A DNA stretch of 60,913 nt, the filler included, from Sphacelaria rigidula (Eukaryota), in NCBI GenBank assembly GCA_964200075.2. It is 8 parts of 8 records of this genome, joined end to end, with 100 filler letters (N's around TTAATTAATTAA, not from the genome) between each part and the next. Parts side by side here need not be neighbours in the genome. Positions count along the whole stretch, not along the records: positions 7,628 to 15,154 come from CAXNAA020014496.1; positions 15,255 to 22,781 come from CAXNAA020014497.1; positions 22,882 to 30,408 come from CAXNAA020014498.1; 5 more parts are not named here. One strand, given 5' to 3'. The notes below the pieces were generated by a model. That model was not told the DNA's origin. It saw only the letters and a program-made list of their open reading frames with translations, and made no database searches. Of this stretch, positions 11,821 through 24,081 are shown one piece after another (the first letter of the stretch is position 1; every line of letters begins with the position of its first letter). A program made the translations under genes and the position numbers.

Positions 11821-12050
11821 CCTGGCCCCGGTGGCTCAGTCGGTAACCTCGAAACCTCCTCACGGTTCGGGTCGTGGGTTCGAATCTTGGAGCGGTCTGG
11901 GATTTTTTCTCAAACAACGCCCAACAGTGGAGAGCAAATGTGTCGTGGGGGATAAAATCGGTTGTATCTCCACCTTGACTTCTCAAGCGAGGGAGAACAC
12001 TCCGATGCGGAATCGACGCTGGCGGGTGCAGCACTTACAGCAGGGGTGAC
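11821..12050 (+). mobile_element. tRNA-derived SINE with family-1 head and a different 3' body
   Basis: GGTGGCTCAGTCGGTA and GGGTTCGAATC boxes; matches family 1 up to about 11950 (CCAACAGTGGAGAGC...TGTCGTGGG) and then diverges; 3' end approximate. Confidence 0.7.
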
Positions 12051-12499
12051 CGCGCCACTCATGGTGTAGAGTTGCGCGTAACCCTAAGCGTACTGCTTCA
12101 CTGCTATGCTGTGCGGCGTGCGGTCTGTTGTGTGCTGCTACTGCCATGTGTGGACAATACTTTGTGGATCTGCTTTAGTCGTGTATCGTCGACTTCAGTA
12201 GGTCCATTATTTGCTCCCGCACGCCATAGGCAAAAAGATGACATTACACAACGAAAACGCCTTATTTATCTTCGTAAATACAACATATCAATCCTTCCTT
12301 GATGGTGTGCAGCCCTAATCTGGACAAAAAAGCTTCTCGATCAGACTGAATACTGGTCGTTCTTGGGGCAATCAATTTTCAAAAGTGATTTTTATCCATC
12401 ATCGGTGTGTTGTAGCAAACGTGCGGAGCAGGAAAGATCCAATACCGTTGATACCCGCAGCACTGCTTGTCACGCGCGTCAGCCGTGGCTTACCACTAG

Positions 12500-12565
12500 T
12501 TATTACTATTATTATTATTATTATTATTATTATTATCATTATTATTATTATTATTATTATTATCA

Positions 12566-12596
<31 letters not shown>

Positions 12597-12724
12597 TATT
12601 ATTATATTATATTATTATATTATATTATTATTTTCATTATCCTCTATATTATTACGCTAAATGAACCGCCGCTCCATACTGGAATCAAGTAAGCGTGTGA
12701 TACTTCTCGGAACACCAATTTACA
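12500..12724. repeat. (ATT)n microsatellite plus second copy of the ~70-bp terminus
   Basis: tacgctaaatgaaccgccgctccatactggaatcaagtaagcgtgtgatacttctcggaaca. Confidence 0.85.
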
Positions 12725-15633
12725 TCAAACGCACAGACTGAAGAGAACAAAACAGTCACCCTTCTCCATCGACCAGCAAATGCAGGTCGAAAGATATTCC
12801 GCGGCACCTGGTCAAGTTGAATCAGTACCCATAGTATATCAAAACCCAGTGGTCTGGACACTACCAATCCGACACATCGCACCCGTGCAAAGCAATTCAG
12901 TATTTTTTGTCAGTATCGCAAAGCACTGTACTGTCACCTAACCTGGAAACCCATCGCCCAACAACGGGACGTCCGACGCACGTGCGCTGCTACAACGCAG
13001 TAGAACGCACTGCCTTGTACGCTGGTGACTGGTGGGGAAAGCGTAGTGCGCTGCTGTCGAACGCTTTGTCACCTTACTGCCGAGTGGTTGTTTCCGCCTT
13101 GGGTTTGAAAGTGATTTGTATGTTGTGTGCTGAGCGCCGGACGTTCCCTCGAAAGGAGGTCGCTTTCCGTTCCAGAAGATTCCAAGCACACTGTTGTACA
13201 GCCCCCAGGAACAGAGTTGAACTTCGATTTTCACACCGCTGATGTATCTCTATCTCAGTGCTTCTAGCCCCTTGATCGCAAGGGTTTGTGATCTGGGTCT
13301 CATAATCAATGTTCAAGTGACTGAAGATGGTGCCGACTCTACAGATGACAGATGAGCCACCTGGGCGCTCAAAGGGTTGGACACAATGTACAGAATGGAT
13401 ATACGCCTCACAAATCGGTTTCAAAACCAAGTCAGATCAACAAATCCCTACCAAGTGGTGAAAATCACTGCAGCAAACGCTCATTTTCCGCATATGTTGT
13501 GCTGGGCACGCACCCTTCCAAAAAGGTCACGAATTACGAAGAGATAAACGATGCTGTTTGTGTACCCAGCTGTGCAGTGAAGCCTAGGCGAGTGGCATGG
13601 CGTTCGCTTAACCCTTGGACCGCGAGATGAGTCTTTCTGGATCATGCATACTTTTTTCATTCGAAATTGATGCCGATTCAACGGAAGACTAAGTTCTGTT
13701 GGGTGCAGCTGTTCGCTGTGCGGTTCCCGAGCCCTCGCGGTGTCAAAAAGTCTGAATCGGAGTTACTTTTGTGCGTGTCCTCATGCATCATGTGTGATGT
13801 GTACCCAGTAACACCGAAGCAACACCATGGCGACTGGCAAAGGTATAGGGTGTGGCGTGTACTACAGAAGACATCACCATGGCGACCGTAGTATGTCGTT
13901 CTGTTTGTTGAAATTGTGTGCGTTTGGTCTGGTTAATAATTTGTGAAGGTATAACGTCGTTCATTCATCTCATTCTGTCACGCCCGAAGACATATCCAGA
14001 CCTGTCTCCGACTGCGGGACAATCACCCGTGTTCCCGGAAAGCGGTAACTGGTACATACACTACAGTGCAGCTGGTTACGATGCAGACCTCACGGCTGGC
14101 TCGAACGGTGGTCAGCGCAAAAGTGCGGTGCAGTGCAGTACAGTGCAGTGCAGTATCGAGGTCGTGCATTTCGCGGCGGTGTCGTCGGCACTGTCTGTTT
14201 CACACCGTCGTGACTCAGGGGTTCAAGGACACTTCGTGAATAGTGGTGGTACGTACAGAGAGATGCATAGGGCATGACACACAGACGGCGATCAACCGTC
14301 ACTTTTAGAGCGGGCGGCAAGAGTGACGATCTCCAAATGAGTTATCCGATACTCGACGATACCCGCAGAAGAAGGGAGGAATGCGGTGGGGGGCGCAGAA
14401 AAGGTAGTATTGTACTGTACTGCGCTGCGCTGTACTGTGCTGTACTGTGCTGTGCGGTGCAGTTCGGCTTTGTCTATTCACAGGGAGAGCAGCCACCTCA
14501 TATGATGGGTCAGTTGTATTTGTTATGGGAAAACTATGCACTTCACAAATGAATGTCAACCGCAGCCCAAGAACTGTTTTTGCTACTGGAGGCAGGAAAA
14601 GATGGCAGTATCGGAGAGTTTCGTGTAGTCTGAGCCTTGGTGATACCCATCGACGAACGGAACAAACGCAACGGGTGGGAGATAGAAGACAATACTGTAC
14701 TGTGATGTAAAGCATTCCAATGCTGTACTTTACTCTGCGTTTTCGATCGGCTTTGTTTCGACCTATACAGAGGGGCATCTCCAGAGCGGGCCATCTGTGT
14801 TGCATTGTCACAGTTTTGACGTGAAATGAATGATGTACAGACCGTGCCGGCGGTGCAATGCAGCAGGGACGTGTGCGTGTCATGGGTGCAGATGACCTTC
14901 TGCGCTTCTTTTCCCAACCGACCGGGAGGCCCATTCGCTTCTTCGCCGATCGAATGGGCGTATCATTCCCATCTCATTGGCTTGTGCTCCTTGCCCGCTC
15001 TGTCCCGATGGCCTCAAGTCTCCATGCCAAGGATCTCTGTCCACGGCAGCTGGCCGCATCCGCCAACGCTTCGGCAATAAACTAGGGGACAGGCGGCTGG
15101 GTGCCCCCCCCCCCCCCCCCCCCCTCAAAAAATCGAATTCTCGATATTGGGGCCNNNNNNNNNNNNNNNNNNNNNNNNNNNNNNNNNNNNNNNNNNNNTT
15201 AATTAATTAANNNNNNNNNNNNNNNNNNNNNNNNNNNNNNNNNNNNNNNNNNNNCCTGGTCTGATCACTATGGCATGCGTGCTCATGAGCCCCCCCCCGC
15301 CCCCGCCCCCGCCCCCCCCCTCTCCGAACTCTCTTGTTTATTTTCGCCCCAATAACCTCGAATCTGATGTACCACCGTAAACAACGTATCTGGTGTCGTG
15401 TGGCCGCAGGTCTGTCGTAGGGACCTCGTGTTGCGATGAACACAAAGCTTTGTGCTGGCGTGTGCTGTGAGCATGTGGCAAAAAGTTCCCGACGCCCGCA
15501 ATTTATTTACTGTGATCAATGTTTTTCCATCGATATGCGTGACCTGGACTACCTGTGCTTGTTGCGGCATAACACCATCGCCGTTGACTGCCTCGGCGCC
15601 ACTCTGTACCTCAACCTTGGCTATTCCTGTCAG

Positions 15634-15732
15634 GTGAAATCGAAGGATTACGCGTTGGCTTCAACGCTGGAGGGCGAGTTAGCTAGCTTTATGCGCGAGA
15701 ATGGCATCTCGTTCGATGACGACAACAAGTAG
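15634..15732 (+). CDS. Possible terminal coding exon of an unknown gene
   Basis: ttcctgtcag|GTG...TAG gives VKSKDYALASTLEGELASFMRENGISFDDDNK*, a protein-like composition; no homology recognised. Confidence 0.4.
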   Translation: MKSKDYALASTLEGELASFMRENGISFDDDNK

Positions 15733-16837
15733 GCGCACGCCAGTGCATCCCGCGGCGCCGACTCATCCGCCTCGCTCCTCCGTCGTGTTATTCGGAGATG
15801 TCTAAAATTAGCCAGGTGTAGGTTACCCTCACTGAATGGTCACCGCCGTTGATCATCAACATCCAACGCGTTTTTTTTTCTGCACTGAAAAATTCAAGAA
15901 GGGTCTTCGCCACTGGCACTCACGGGATCTCATACAAGACCGGTTGTCAGTATACCCGGATCACAGCGTTCTACGATGCCTGGTTTATTGGGTTCTTGTT
16001 TTGAATTTTATAGTGGGCGCCAGATCCCTTTTTCGAACAATATGGCTGACTGAAATGCAGCACCCGCAGCTCCGACCCGAGAGCTTACCGGTCCCTCTCT
16101 ACTAGGAAAACAACCCCCAATGGTATCATGCCGTGTATTCCGTGGTTGTCAACCCCTGACTGGTGCACGGTGTTGAACCCACGCATTTTTTTGTCACATT
16201 TTCCCGGCGATTCACATAGGGTTCATATGTGATATCCTACGCCCTGACGAGTCGCACGTTAACGTGATCACGGTGAGGACACGGATAGCAATGTGTACGC
16301 GGCTTCCTTTATGATGACGTCGACCGTAGGAACGGTGTCTGCTTTCTTGTTTCGTTACAGGAATTCGTGTCCGGTCTTTATTTGAGCATCCCCTTCTTTG
16401 ATGGAATTTTTGAAGGGAGAGAACGACAATTACAAAGAAATCAACTTGCTGACGGCATCAGCATCCTAATCCAACACTGTATGAGTAATCGTTCACCAAA
16501 TTTAAAAAAAAATCATTGGCATACATGGACTCAAACGGACTGCTTCGCGGTCGAAGAGATAACCCTTCGTCAGAGGGTGCAACTTTTGTGCGCACACCGA
16601 TAGACACCTGATTCTAGCACTCATTTCCAAGGAATATTATGCCGAGGCAACAGATTCACATTCCTAGCAGGTCAAGGAATTTATTTTTTTGTTCACGCTG
16701 AACACTACTCCCTCCAATCGAAAATATAACATCGGTAAGGACAAAATGCTTAGCAAGTCAACCTGTCAATGAAAAATTGCAGCGGGAGTTCGATTATCAC
16801 CGAAGACTACTTCTTATGTATAAAAAAATGCACGGAT

Positions 16838-16933
16838 GGCCGCTGGGGTGCCTGTAACCTCAAATTTCGACGTTACAGACGTTGCACAAGGTCTGTAACG
16901 TCGAAATTTGAGGTTGCAGGCACCCCAGCGGCC
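16838..16933. repeat. Near-perfect hairpin (43-bp arms, 10-nt loop)
   Basis: ggccgctggggtgcctgtaacctcaaatttcgacgttacagac pairs with gtctgtaacgtcgaaatttgaggttgcaggcaccccagcggcc. Confidence 0.9.
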
Positions 16934-16943
16934 ACCCATGTGA

Positions 16944-17356
16944 ATCTTGTTGAAAGGTGCAATTCGTCCCTTCCCCATCGTTTTTCCCCCGAAAAAAGGG
17001 CTAGGCGGATATTGACACCTTGAAATGACTTGCTCTACTCGCTGAGACGGTTCCAGAGCACCTTTGCGTTTCCCGTAGGTCACAGTTTCGTCCTTGGCCA
17101 CAATTGCATTTCCAATAACAAACGGTCAAGTTGTTGAAAACAGGGGGGAAACTGACGGTTTTTTTGGTAACTTGACTGTTCATTGAAAATTCAAGTTTGA
17201 CCAAAAACGAAACCGTGACCCACGGAAAACGCCGAGGTGCTCTGGAACGGCCTCAGCGAGTAAAGCAAGTCACTTCAAGGTGTCAACATCCGCCTAGCCC
17301 TCTTTTCGGGGGAAAAATGACGGAGAAGGGCCAAAAATGCACTTTTCAACAAGATC
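16944..17356. mobile_element. Foldback/MITE with ~155-bp inverted arms
   Basis: 16944-17100 is the reverse complement of 17197-17356 (atcttgttgaaa...tttcaacaagat). Confidence 0.8.
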
Positions 17357-17637
17357 ATTTTTTTTTGTATCTTATTTATTGAGAAACCCGTTATCAAACA
17401 GACCGTTTTTCAATAGCACGTTCTTTGGCGTACTCCCTCTGTCCGAAAATATAAGTCTAACTTGCACCTTATGTCAAATAAAACGCTCTAGACTACAAAA
17501 TAGCAGGTGCTGGGTTCGATTCCCCCCTTGAACACCGTTTGTTTTCGAAAAAACATTTTTTTTTTCTTCATGCCTTTTTTCCGGTTGAAAAGTTCCAATT
17601 TTTGGCACCCTGTAGTTTTGCTCCCGGTCAACGGGAA

Positions 17638-17668
<31 letters not shown>

Positions 17669-17786
17669 CAAAGTGCACGCCTGCAGGTAGCTACATATCG
17701 CCAAGATTCGATGGAAAAAAAACGACTGAAAAAAAACGTTTTCCTCGCCACGTGACCGAGGAAAAACGACACGGTTTTTTTCGTTA

Positions 17787-18187
17787 GGCCGGATGTTATG
17801 GCAAACAGATTTTTGGCCCAGGGATTGTTCATTTTTGGGACGTTTGATCCACCGTTTGACCCTCAAACAGGGAAAACCGCCAACACACGTCTTGGACACT
17901 TGGCATCACCCCACAGAGAGGAGCCTACTCTGCTTTTCAGTTTCGCTTGGCACCGAGGTTTCGAGATTGGCCACTGAGCAAACTTTCCTGGGAAAAAATA
18001 TGTGCTTGCCGACCCCCGCCAGTTTGCTCGAATCTAAAAAGCAGACGAGGCTCCTCTCTGTGGGGTGATGCAAAGTGTCCGAGACGTGTGTTGGCGGTTT
18101 TCCCTGTTTGGGGACCAAAAGGTGGGTCACACGTCCCAAAAGTGAATAATCCCTGGGCCAAAAATCTGATTGCCATAACATCCGGCC
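17787..18187. mobile_element. PIF/Harbinger-type (Tourist-like) MITE, 401 bp
   Basis: TIRs GGCCGGATGTTATGGC...GCCATAACATCCGGCC, ~155-bp inverted arms, flanked by TTA on both sides (3-bp TSD). Confidence 0.8.
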
Positions 18188-18774
18188 TTACTGACCAGAT
18201 CTTCGGCAAATCCGTCTGGGGCCAAAAACATTCATGGGAGGGGATGAAAACGAACCATCCCCTGTTTTAGGCAATTTCTTCAACAGTACTGCCATTGGGA
18301 GCACGACAAAAAAAATGATGGAAGAAAACTTATTGCAACGCTCTGAACGACAAACCGACCTTATATTCCGAATTACCAAATAGGAATTATATTTTCGGAC
18401 AGAGGGAGTATTTTTTTTAAGTAGCCCTTGCGTGATTGACGTTATCAACATTGTAGAAGCAGTGCTCATCGTTCTTTACACGGCGTGTGGGCATAATTTC
18501 AAATTCTGGGGCGCGCGAGAGAGACACAACACTCTGCCGTCATGTCGTGGTGTACGTTCCGCACTGTCTATCTATACTACTGAGAGATATTGAGCGAGCA
18601 ATACAGGGTGGGCCGCGTGACGCAAGACAAGCAATAAGAACACCACCTAACCTTGCTGTACCAAGTGACTGTTGTAGAGCCGACGGTTGGGTTTTTCCGC
18701 CACACCGTAGTACTCGATTATACGGAGAGCATGGATAACAGTACAGACAGTGCTGTGCATTATGTGCATTGGCT

Positions 18775-19230
18775 GTAAACACGGGATCTTACAAATTGGG
18801 GATGGATCTTCTATTGGGGATGAGAAACCCGCCGGAGAATTACAATCTTCGCATCCACACCAAATCTTCGAAGTACGGTTCCATTTTTTCACCTACTGAT
18901 AGCTATTGACAACTGCTACACGCCATAGAAATTTGGATTCCAATATCCGAAATGTTGCGGTCCTAGGTGAAAAACCAATTTCGGAACCATTTTGGCGTCC
19001 GTTCGGACACCCAAAATTCCCACAAATATGTATTTTTCACCTAGGACCTCAACATATCGGTTACCGAGATCCAAATTTGTATGGCGTATAGCAGTTGTCA
19101 ATTGCTATCAGCAGGCGAAAAAATGGAACCACATTTCGAAGATGTGGTGTGGAGACGAAGATTTGAATTCTCCGGGTTTCTCATCTCCAATGAGAGATCC
19201 ATCCCCAATTTGTAAGATCCCGTGTTTGCA
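18775..19230. mobile_element. Nearly fully palindromic foldback MITE, about 455 bp
   Basis: aaacacgggatcttacaaattggggatggatc...gatccatccccaatttgtaagatcccgtgttt; arms pair almost to the centre. Confidence 0.85.
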
Positions 19231-19284
19231 CAGTAGTACTACTGTACAACAACAGCAGCACTATTCCAAGTTTTGTGTGTACTG

Positions 19285-19547
19285 AGCAACGCTAGAGTAG
19301 GGGTGCACTTTGTGCGCGAAATCTTGTCTGGTTCAGGGGCTCCTAACGATTCTAGATGCACAAAAATGTGAGTCAGGGTATCCTCGTCTGCAAATTCAGT
19401 CGAGATATCCCCAGCACATTGGAATAGTAATCCGGGTGGTGTAGTCTCATATATATCTTCATCAGTCGTGTTTTGGATCAGATAAAGGGCGCCTAACAAT
19501 TCTATAACCTCAGAAAATATTTGTGCACTCCTACCGTAGCATCATTC
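19285..19547. mobile_element. ~250-bp MITE family; other copies at 35921-36168, 36697-36760 (partial) and 50023-50250
   Basis: TIR gcta(c)ggtaggggtgcac...gt(g/a)c.cctaccgtagcatca and internal tctg.ttcaggggctcct.a.gat.ctagatgc shared across three contigs. Confidence 0.8.
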
Positions 19548-21169
19548 TACTGTCAGTACGGTCCTGTATCTACAAGGCTTGGGTACGCATAGCGATGTCT
19601 ATTCGCAACACGCGGCACGCACAGACCTGAACTGATCTGCAATTTGCTCCACCGTAGTACTCGGTTGTACGGACAGCGCTAACAACAGTACAGACAGTGC
19701 TGTTGTATTGGATGCATTGGATGTACTACAGCAGTAGCACTACCTATATATCGTCAATGAGACCCATGTACACCGCACTCGTTCGGTGCATTTAGCCACA
19801 GCTGAGGGTTCCCTGCTGCAAAGTTTTGGGGGGAAAGATGGTTTCGCTCTGTGTTACTGTTTCGCGTCATCCCTGCAAAAAAGATATGCCACTTGAATCT
19901 CATTTTTGAGATCGACCCCATTTTTCAGGACCTGCTGTTATGCTACTGTAGATTTCTTCATACATATTCCTGCTGGAAATTAGCTCAAACCGTCTCGCCA
20001 CGCTTTCTTTCGTGATCCGTTTTTGCCGCATGTCACTACATGCCGGTACAGTTTTTTTATATATATACGGAGTGGATCTTCATTGCCGAAACACGATGCC
20101 GGTCTCAGCCACCGACACCACGCAAACGACTAGTATTATCGAAACATGGCGAGGAGGCAGAAATCACCACAAAAGGGAAATTCGCACAACATGTGTCGTT
20201 TCATTTTCAAAGGAAGGGAAATACAGAATACACGCCACATTTCGCCAGCCGGGCAACAAAAAATGTGACATACTACGATTACATATTGACCGTCTTCACG
20301 GCTATCATAAAACTATGAATTATTGCTTAACTCCCCCTATGGTATATCGAGAGAACTACCACCATGTGTTCGGCACCAAATCACTGCTGCTTCGGTGTAT
20401 TTTGAGCCATTTCTTTCACCTTCGTGGCGCAGAAAATGACTATTGACTTTCATCATTTACTTCAACGCAACAAATTAGATTCAACAGCGAGGTTACCTCA
20501 TAGGCTGTAGGACTGGAGCCTACAGCGCCGGATCGTGCTACTGTTCGTACAGTGTTATCTGTACTATATATCACACCCTCTGCCATTGTGCAGTATATCT
20601 ATCGGATTGCAAGGAGCGGGGGCGCTTTTCGTACATTGCACTACTGGGCACAATGTCTTCGGTGAGACAAATTGTTCTGAATTGGTCCAACCTGCTGACT
20701 TCCACTGTGTTACCGTGCCCTGTCTCGGGTTACATCATGTAGGCCCTCAGGCCACATGATAACTGTGGAGTTCAGATGCCTGAGATCATTGAAGTTTTTT
20801 TTGTCCATGCTCAGTATATATATCGCCCGTCGAGTAGTACAGCATGCCCATGTAACTGCAGCGGAAGCACAACGGTAGGCCGGCCACGTATAGTTGGTGT
20901 AGTTGAGCTGCATTCTGGTGCGGAATGCATTACTCATGGGGGCGCTTGCGCATTGGATCCTCGAGTAGCGTATGTGTTGACGCAACTTTTGCGCAAGCAT
21001 GGGCAATGAGCTACAGGTACAGTGTACTGATGTCATGTTTGCTCGCGAGAGTGTCCGTCTACTACAGATTTATATTTCTCCATCCTGCACTGACCGATAC
21101 CCACGCTCAGATTAGAATCATGCGTTGTATGAACAGAAAAGCGGGGGTGGAGAACGGTCCAGAGGGGAG

Positions 21170-21452
21170 TTTTTCATCTTGTTTCAGCACCCCACCTCCC
21201 TCCTGCGGTGCCTGCCTTCCTTTTTATCGCGGGAGGGGTTTAACGGTCCCTTTCCCTCGTCGACTGTGAAGTCGCCTCTAGTGTACCCACGGCGTAGCAG
21301 TCTCTCTCCACTGTTGCGCACGATGTGAGGAAAAATCAAGATCATGCGATATCACCGAGATTCGAACCCGCGTCCCAGCCATCAGTGTTTCCGAGGTCAC
21401 TGATCGAGTCACCGGGGCGTCTCGTCACCAAGTGAGCCACCGGGGCGACCCA
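21170..21452 (-). mobile_element. Diverged family-1 SINE with duplicated 5' end
   Basis: tttatcgcgggaggggttt...ccactgtt...gagattcgaaccc...caccggggcg matches 468-840; A-box segment present twice. Confidence 0.75.
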
Positions 21453-21774
21453 GTTCCGTACTTCCTAACCTCTAGCCGCTCTAAGAGATGGATGTGCGTT
21501 TGGAAAGTTCAGTTCCAGTCCACCGTCCGTCTACTCTTCGCATTGCTACCTGCAAAAATGGGACAATATACGAGTACGCGCTGGGCCAGCTGACAGCGAT
21601 TTTTGAATGTTTGGGGGCCCGGCTGTGGGTAATTCGAGAAGTTGGGCGCTCAAATTTTGACGCGACCTTTTTATTATCAATCTCGTACGCACAACATCAC
21701 GCGGGGTGCCACGAAAAAAACAAAACAGAAAGTTAGAGCGATTTGAAGTTTCTGTAAAAACTGGAAAAATGCTA

Positions 21775-21917
21775 CGAGCTGGGCCAGCTAAAAAACGGCT
21801 AAAAATTGCTCACATCACAGCTTTCCCAGCTTCCCAAATGAACAGCGACCAACTCCTAATATCGCGCCGTGCATCGTCTGAGCGAGAAAACCACCCATTG
21901 TTGGCTGGCCCAGCTCG
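21775..21917. mobile_element. Miniature element with CGAGCTGGGCCAGC TIRs (Tc1/mariner-like family)
   Basis: TA-CGAGCTGGGCCAGC...GCTGGCCCAGCTCG; same TIR at 23587-23603, 35037, 36468-36485 and 52698. Confidence 0.6.
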
Positions 21918-22881
21918 AATAACTCCGTGAAAATAAAGAAATACATCGGCATCCATCGTGGTGTTGTGCATACTTGTGCGCAGGAGATGCTGGTGCAATT
22001 TCGGCCAAAATTTTCCGAAATTGGGCCGAGGCGAGCACTTTTTGTGTAACACGTCTGCGCCCCTTTAATCCCAGTGATGCAGGAGACTCCAGTATGGAGG
22101 TCACGAGTTGGAATCCCGACATATACCTTTTTCCCGTCGGCAAGGTCATACATTATGCACAGTACATTTTTTTTCTATTTCCTCATTCAGCGGCGGTGCG
22201 GTGCGTTTCCAGGTTGATCCGCAGATCACACCGAAATGATCAAGTCGGGCTGATCTGATAAAGTTGATGAGTTATGGTGTGACATGCAAATGCGGGATTT
22301 GCTGCTGGCCCATCTAGTTATATAATGCGTAAAGGTTTGCGGCCGACGCCGACATTCCACATATCATCACGCCGTGCCATGCCAGCAGCGCAAGCGCCCG
22401 ACCTCATGATCAACCAAGAACACGAAAGTATCGTCAGCATCATGAAGTGTTACGGTGTGCGCAGTGTTGGGACTGTCCGTGCCCCAAGCCGGATGAAATA
22501 GACAGGGGGGCTGTTATTTGGCGGCGCCGACACTCCAAATTTGGGGATGAGAACCAAGAATGCGATGCAATCGACATTCACGTTTTCTCAGTTCGTGGAA
22601 ATATTTCACACCCTGTACAACTACAATACTTGGTAGTTGTTTATCATAAAACTAGCGGTTCAGAATCGTGTGCAACCAGTTGTCTCCAAACAACTACAGG
22701 CTGGGCCAGCAGTAAGTGCCGCATATGCATCTCCAGCCATAACTCGTCAAGTTTACCAAATCAGTTCGACTTGAGCATATCNNNNNNNNNNNNNNNNNNN
22801 NNNNNNNNNNNNNNNNNNNNNNNNNTTAATTAATTAANNNNNNNNNNNNNNNNNNNNNNNNNNNNNNNNNNNNNNNNNNNN

Positions 22882-23603
22882 CCTTTTCTCATTTTTTTTT
22901 TCATTTTGTTTCGTGTTTTTAGTGGAGTTTTGAGGGAAAATTAACGTTGTTCCCAAGCCTTATCGCACTGTTGTAGCTCAATTTCTAGAGTTGTGATTTG
23001 AAAATTAGCATAGGGAACCACAATAGTGTGCTGAAGAAAAAAAAAATGGGCCTTCATTTTATTTTTTTTCATAGAGGTTCGGACGTCCTCGTGAAAAATT
23101 GGTCCTGACTATTGTAGAACGCCCTGAACCAGTGAATAAAAAGAAAAAAAATGAACCTGACCCACTTTTTTGTTAATTATGCCTCAGAGAGCGCCCACAC
23201 CAAAGTTCAATACACGAAAACCAAACGTGGGCCGGTGAGTGGCCTGCAAAATACTGTTCCGAATTTCTACCGACCCGGTTTTTGATAGGCCCATGCTCTT
23301 TTATACATTTAGAGTTGGGCCCTGAAATTTGGTATGGACAGTGCATAGGGCAAAAGAAAAATATTACTGAAGTACCAAAATAGTTTTTTCTTTTTCATGA
23401 GTTAAGGGCAATAATCGGTTTTCAGGTATCACCAAAATGCCCTTAACTCATGAAAAAAGAAAAAAAACTATGTTGGTACTTCAGTATTTTTTTTCTTTTG
23501 CCCTATGCACTGTTCATACCAAATTTCAGGGCCCAACTCTAAATGTATAAAAGAGCATGGGCCTGCAAACTTCAAATCCGCCTCTAGGCTGGCCCAGCTC
23601 GTA
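22882..23603 (-). mobile_element. Partial non-autonomous Tc1/mariner-like element with an internal ~280-bp hairpin (23287-23564)
   Basis: Ends GGCTGGCCCAGCTCG-TA; body is the reverse complement of about 35039-35720 and related to 52698-53240. Confidence 0.7.
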
Positions 23604-23605
23604 TG

Positions 23606-24081
23606 ACAGTAGGATAAGTAGACGCAGATCACGCTGAAGATTCAAATAAAGGTTATTCGACAACCGGGTACGTGTTCTACTGCGCTGGTGACCCGTTAGG
23701 TTCGAAAACACAAAGGCAAACAATTGTTACGTTGTCCACAGGGAAAGCAGAGTATGTGGCATTGTCAGAAGCTGGACAGGAGTGTGTATACTCACGGGAC
23801 TTGACGTCGTTCGCTGAAGTAGAACGGGTTCAGGCAACAACAATTCACGACGAAGACAACATTGGAGCCCTCAAATTAGCGACGACGGATCACTATCATC
23901 CGCGGACAAAGCATAATAGCGTGAAGTATCACTACATCAGATATTTGATGAAGGAGAGCGTGGGTATACTGTAGTAGTGAAAAATTATACGGACGAACAG
24001 GGCGGACCTACTCACGAAATCATTGAGACCATTGGAATTTGTGGAAGCAGGACGGGTGTTGATGTTACAATTGGATTAGAA
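23606..24081 (+). pseudogene. Ty1/copia pol relic (RNase H domain)
   Basis: VDADHAED...STTGYVF...QTIVTLSTGKAEYVALSEA...EDNIGALKLA...HPRTKH..VKYHYIR...ADLLTKSL, with stops and a frameshift. Confidence 0.92.

Noticed and set aside
14826-15085. Possible exon (GADDLLRFFSQPTGRPIRFFADRMG)
   Set aside because: Splice sites and frame are ambiguous and no homology was recognised
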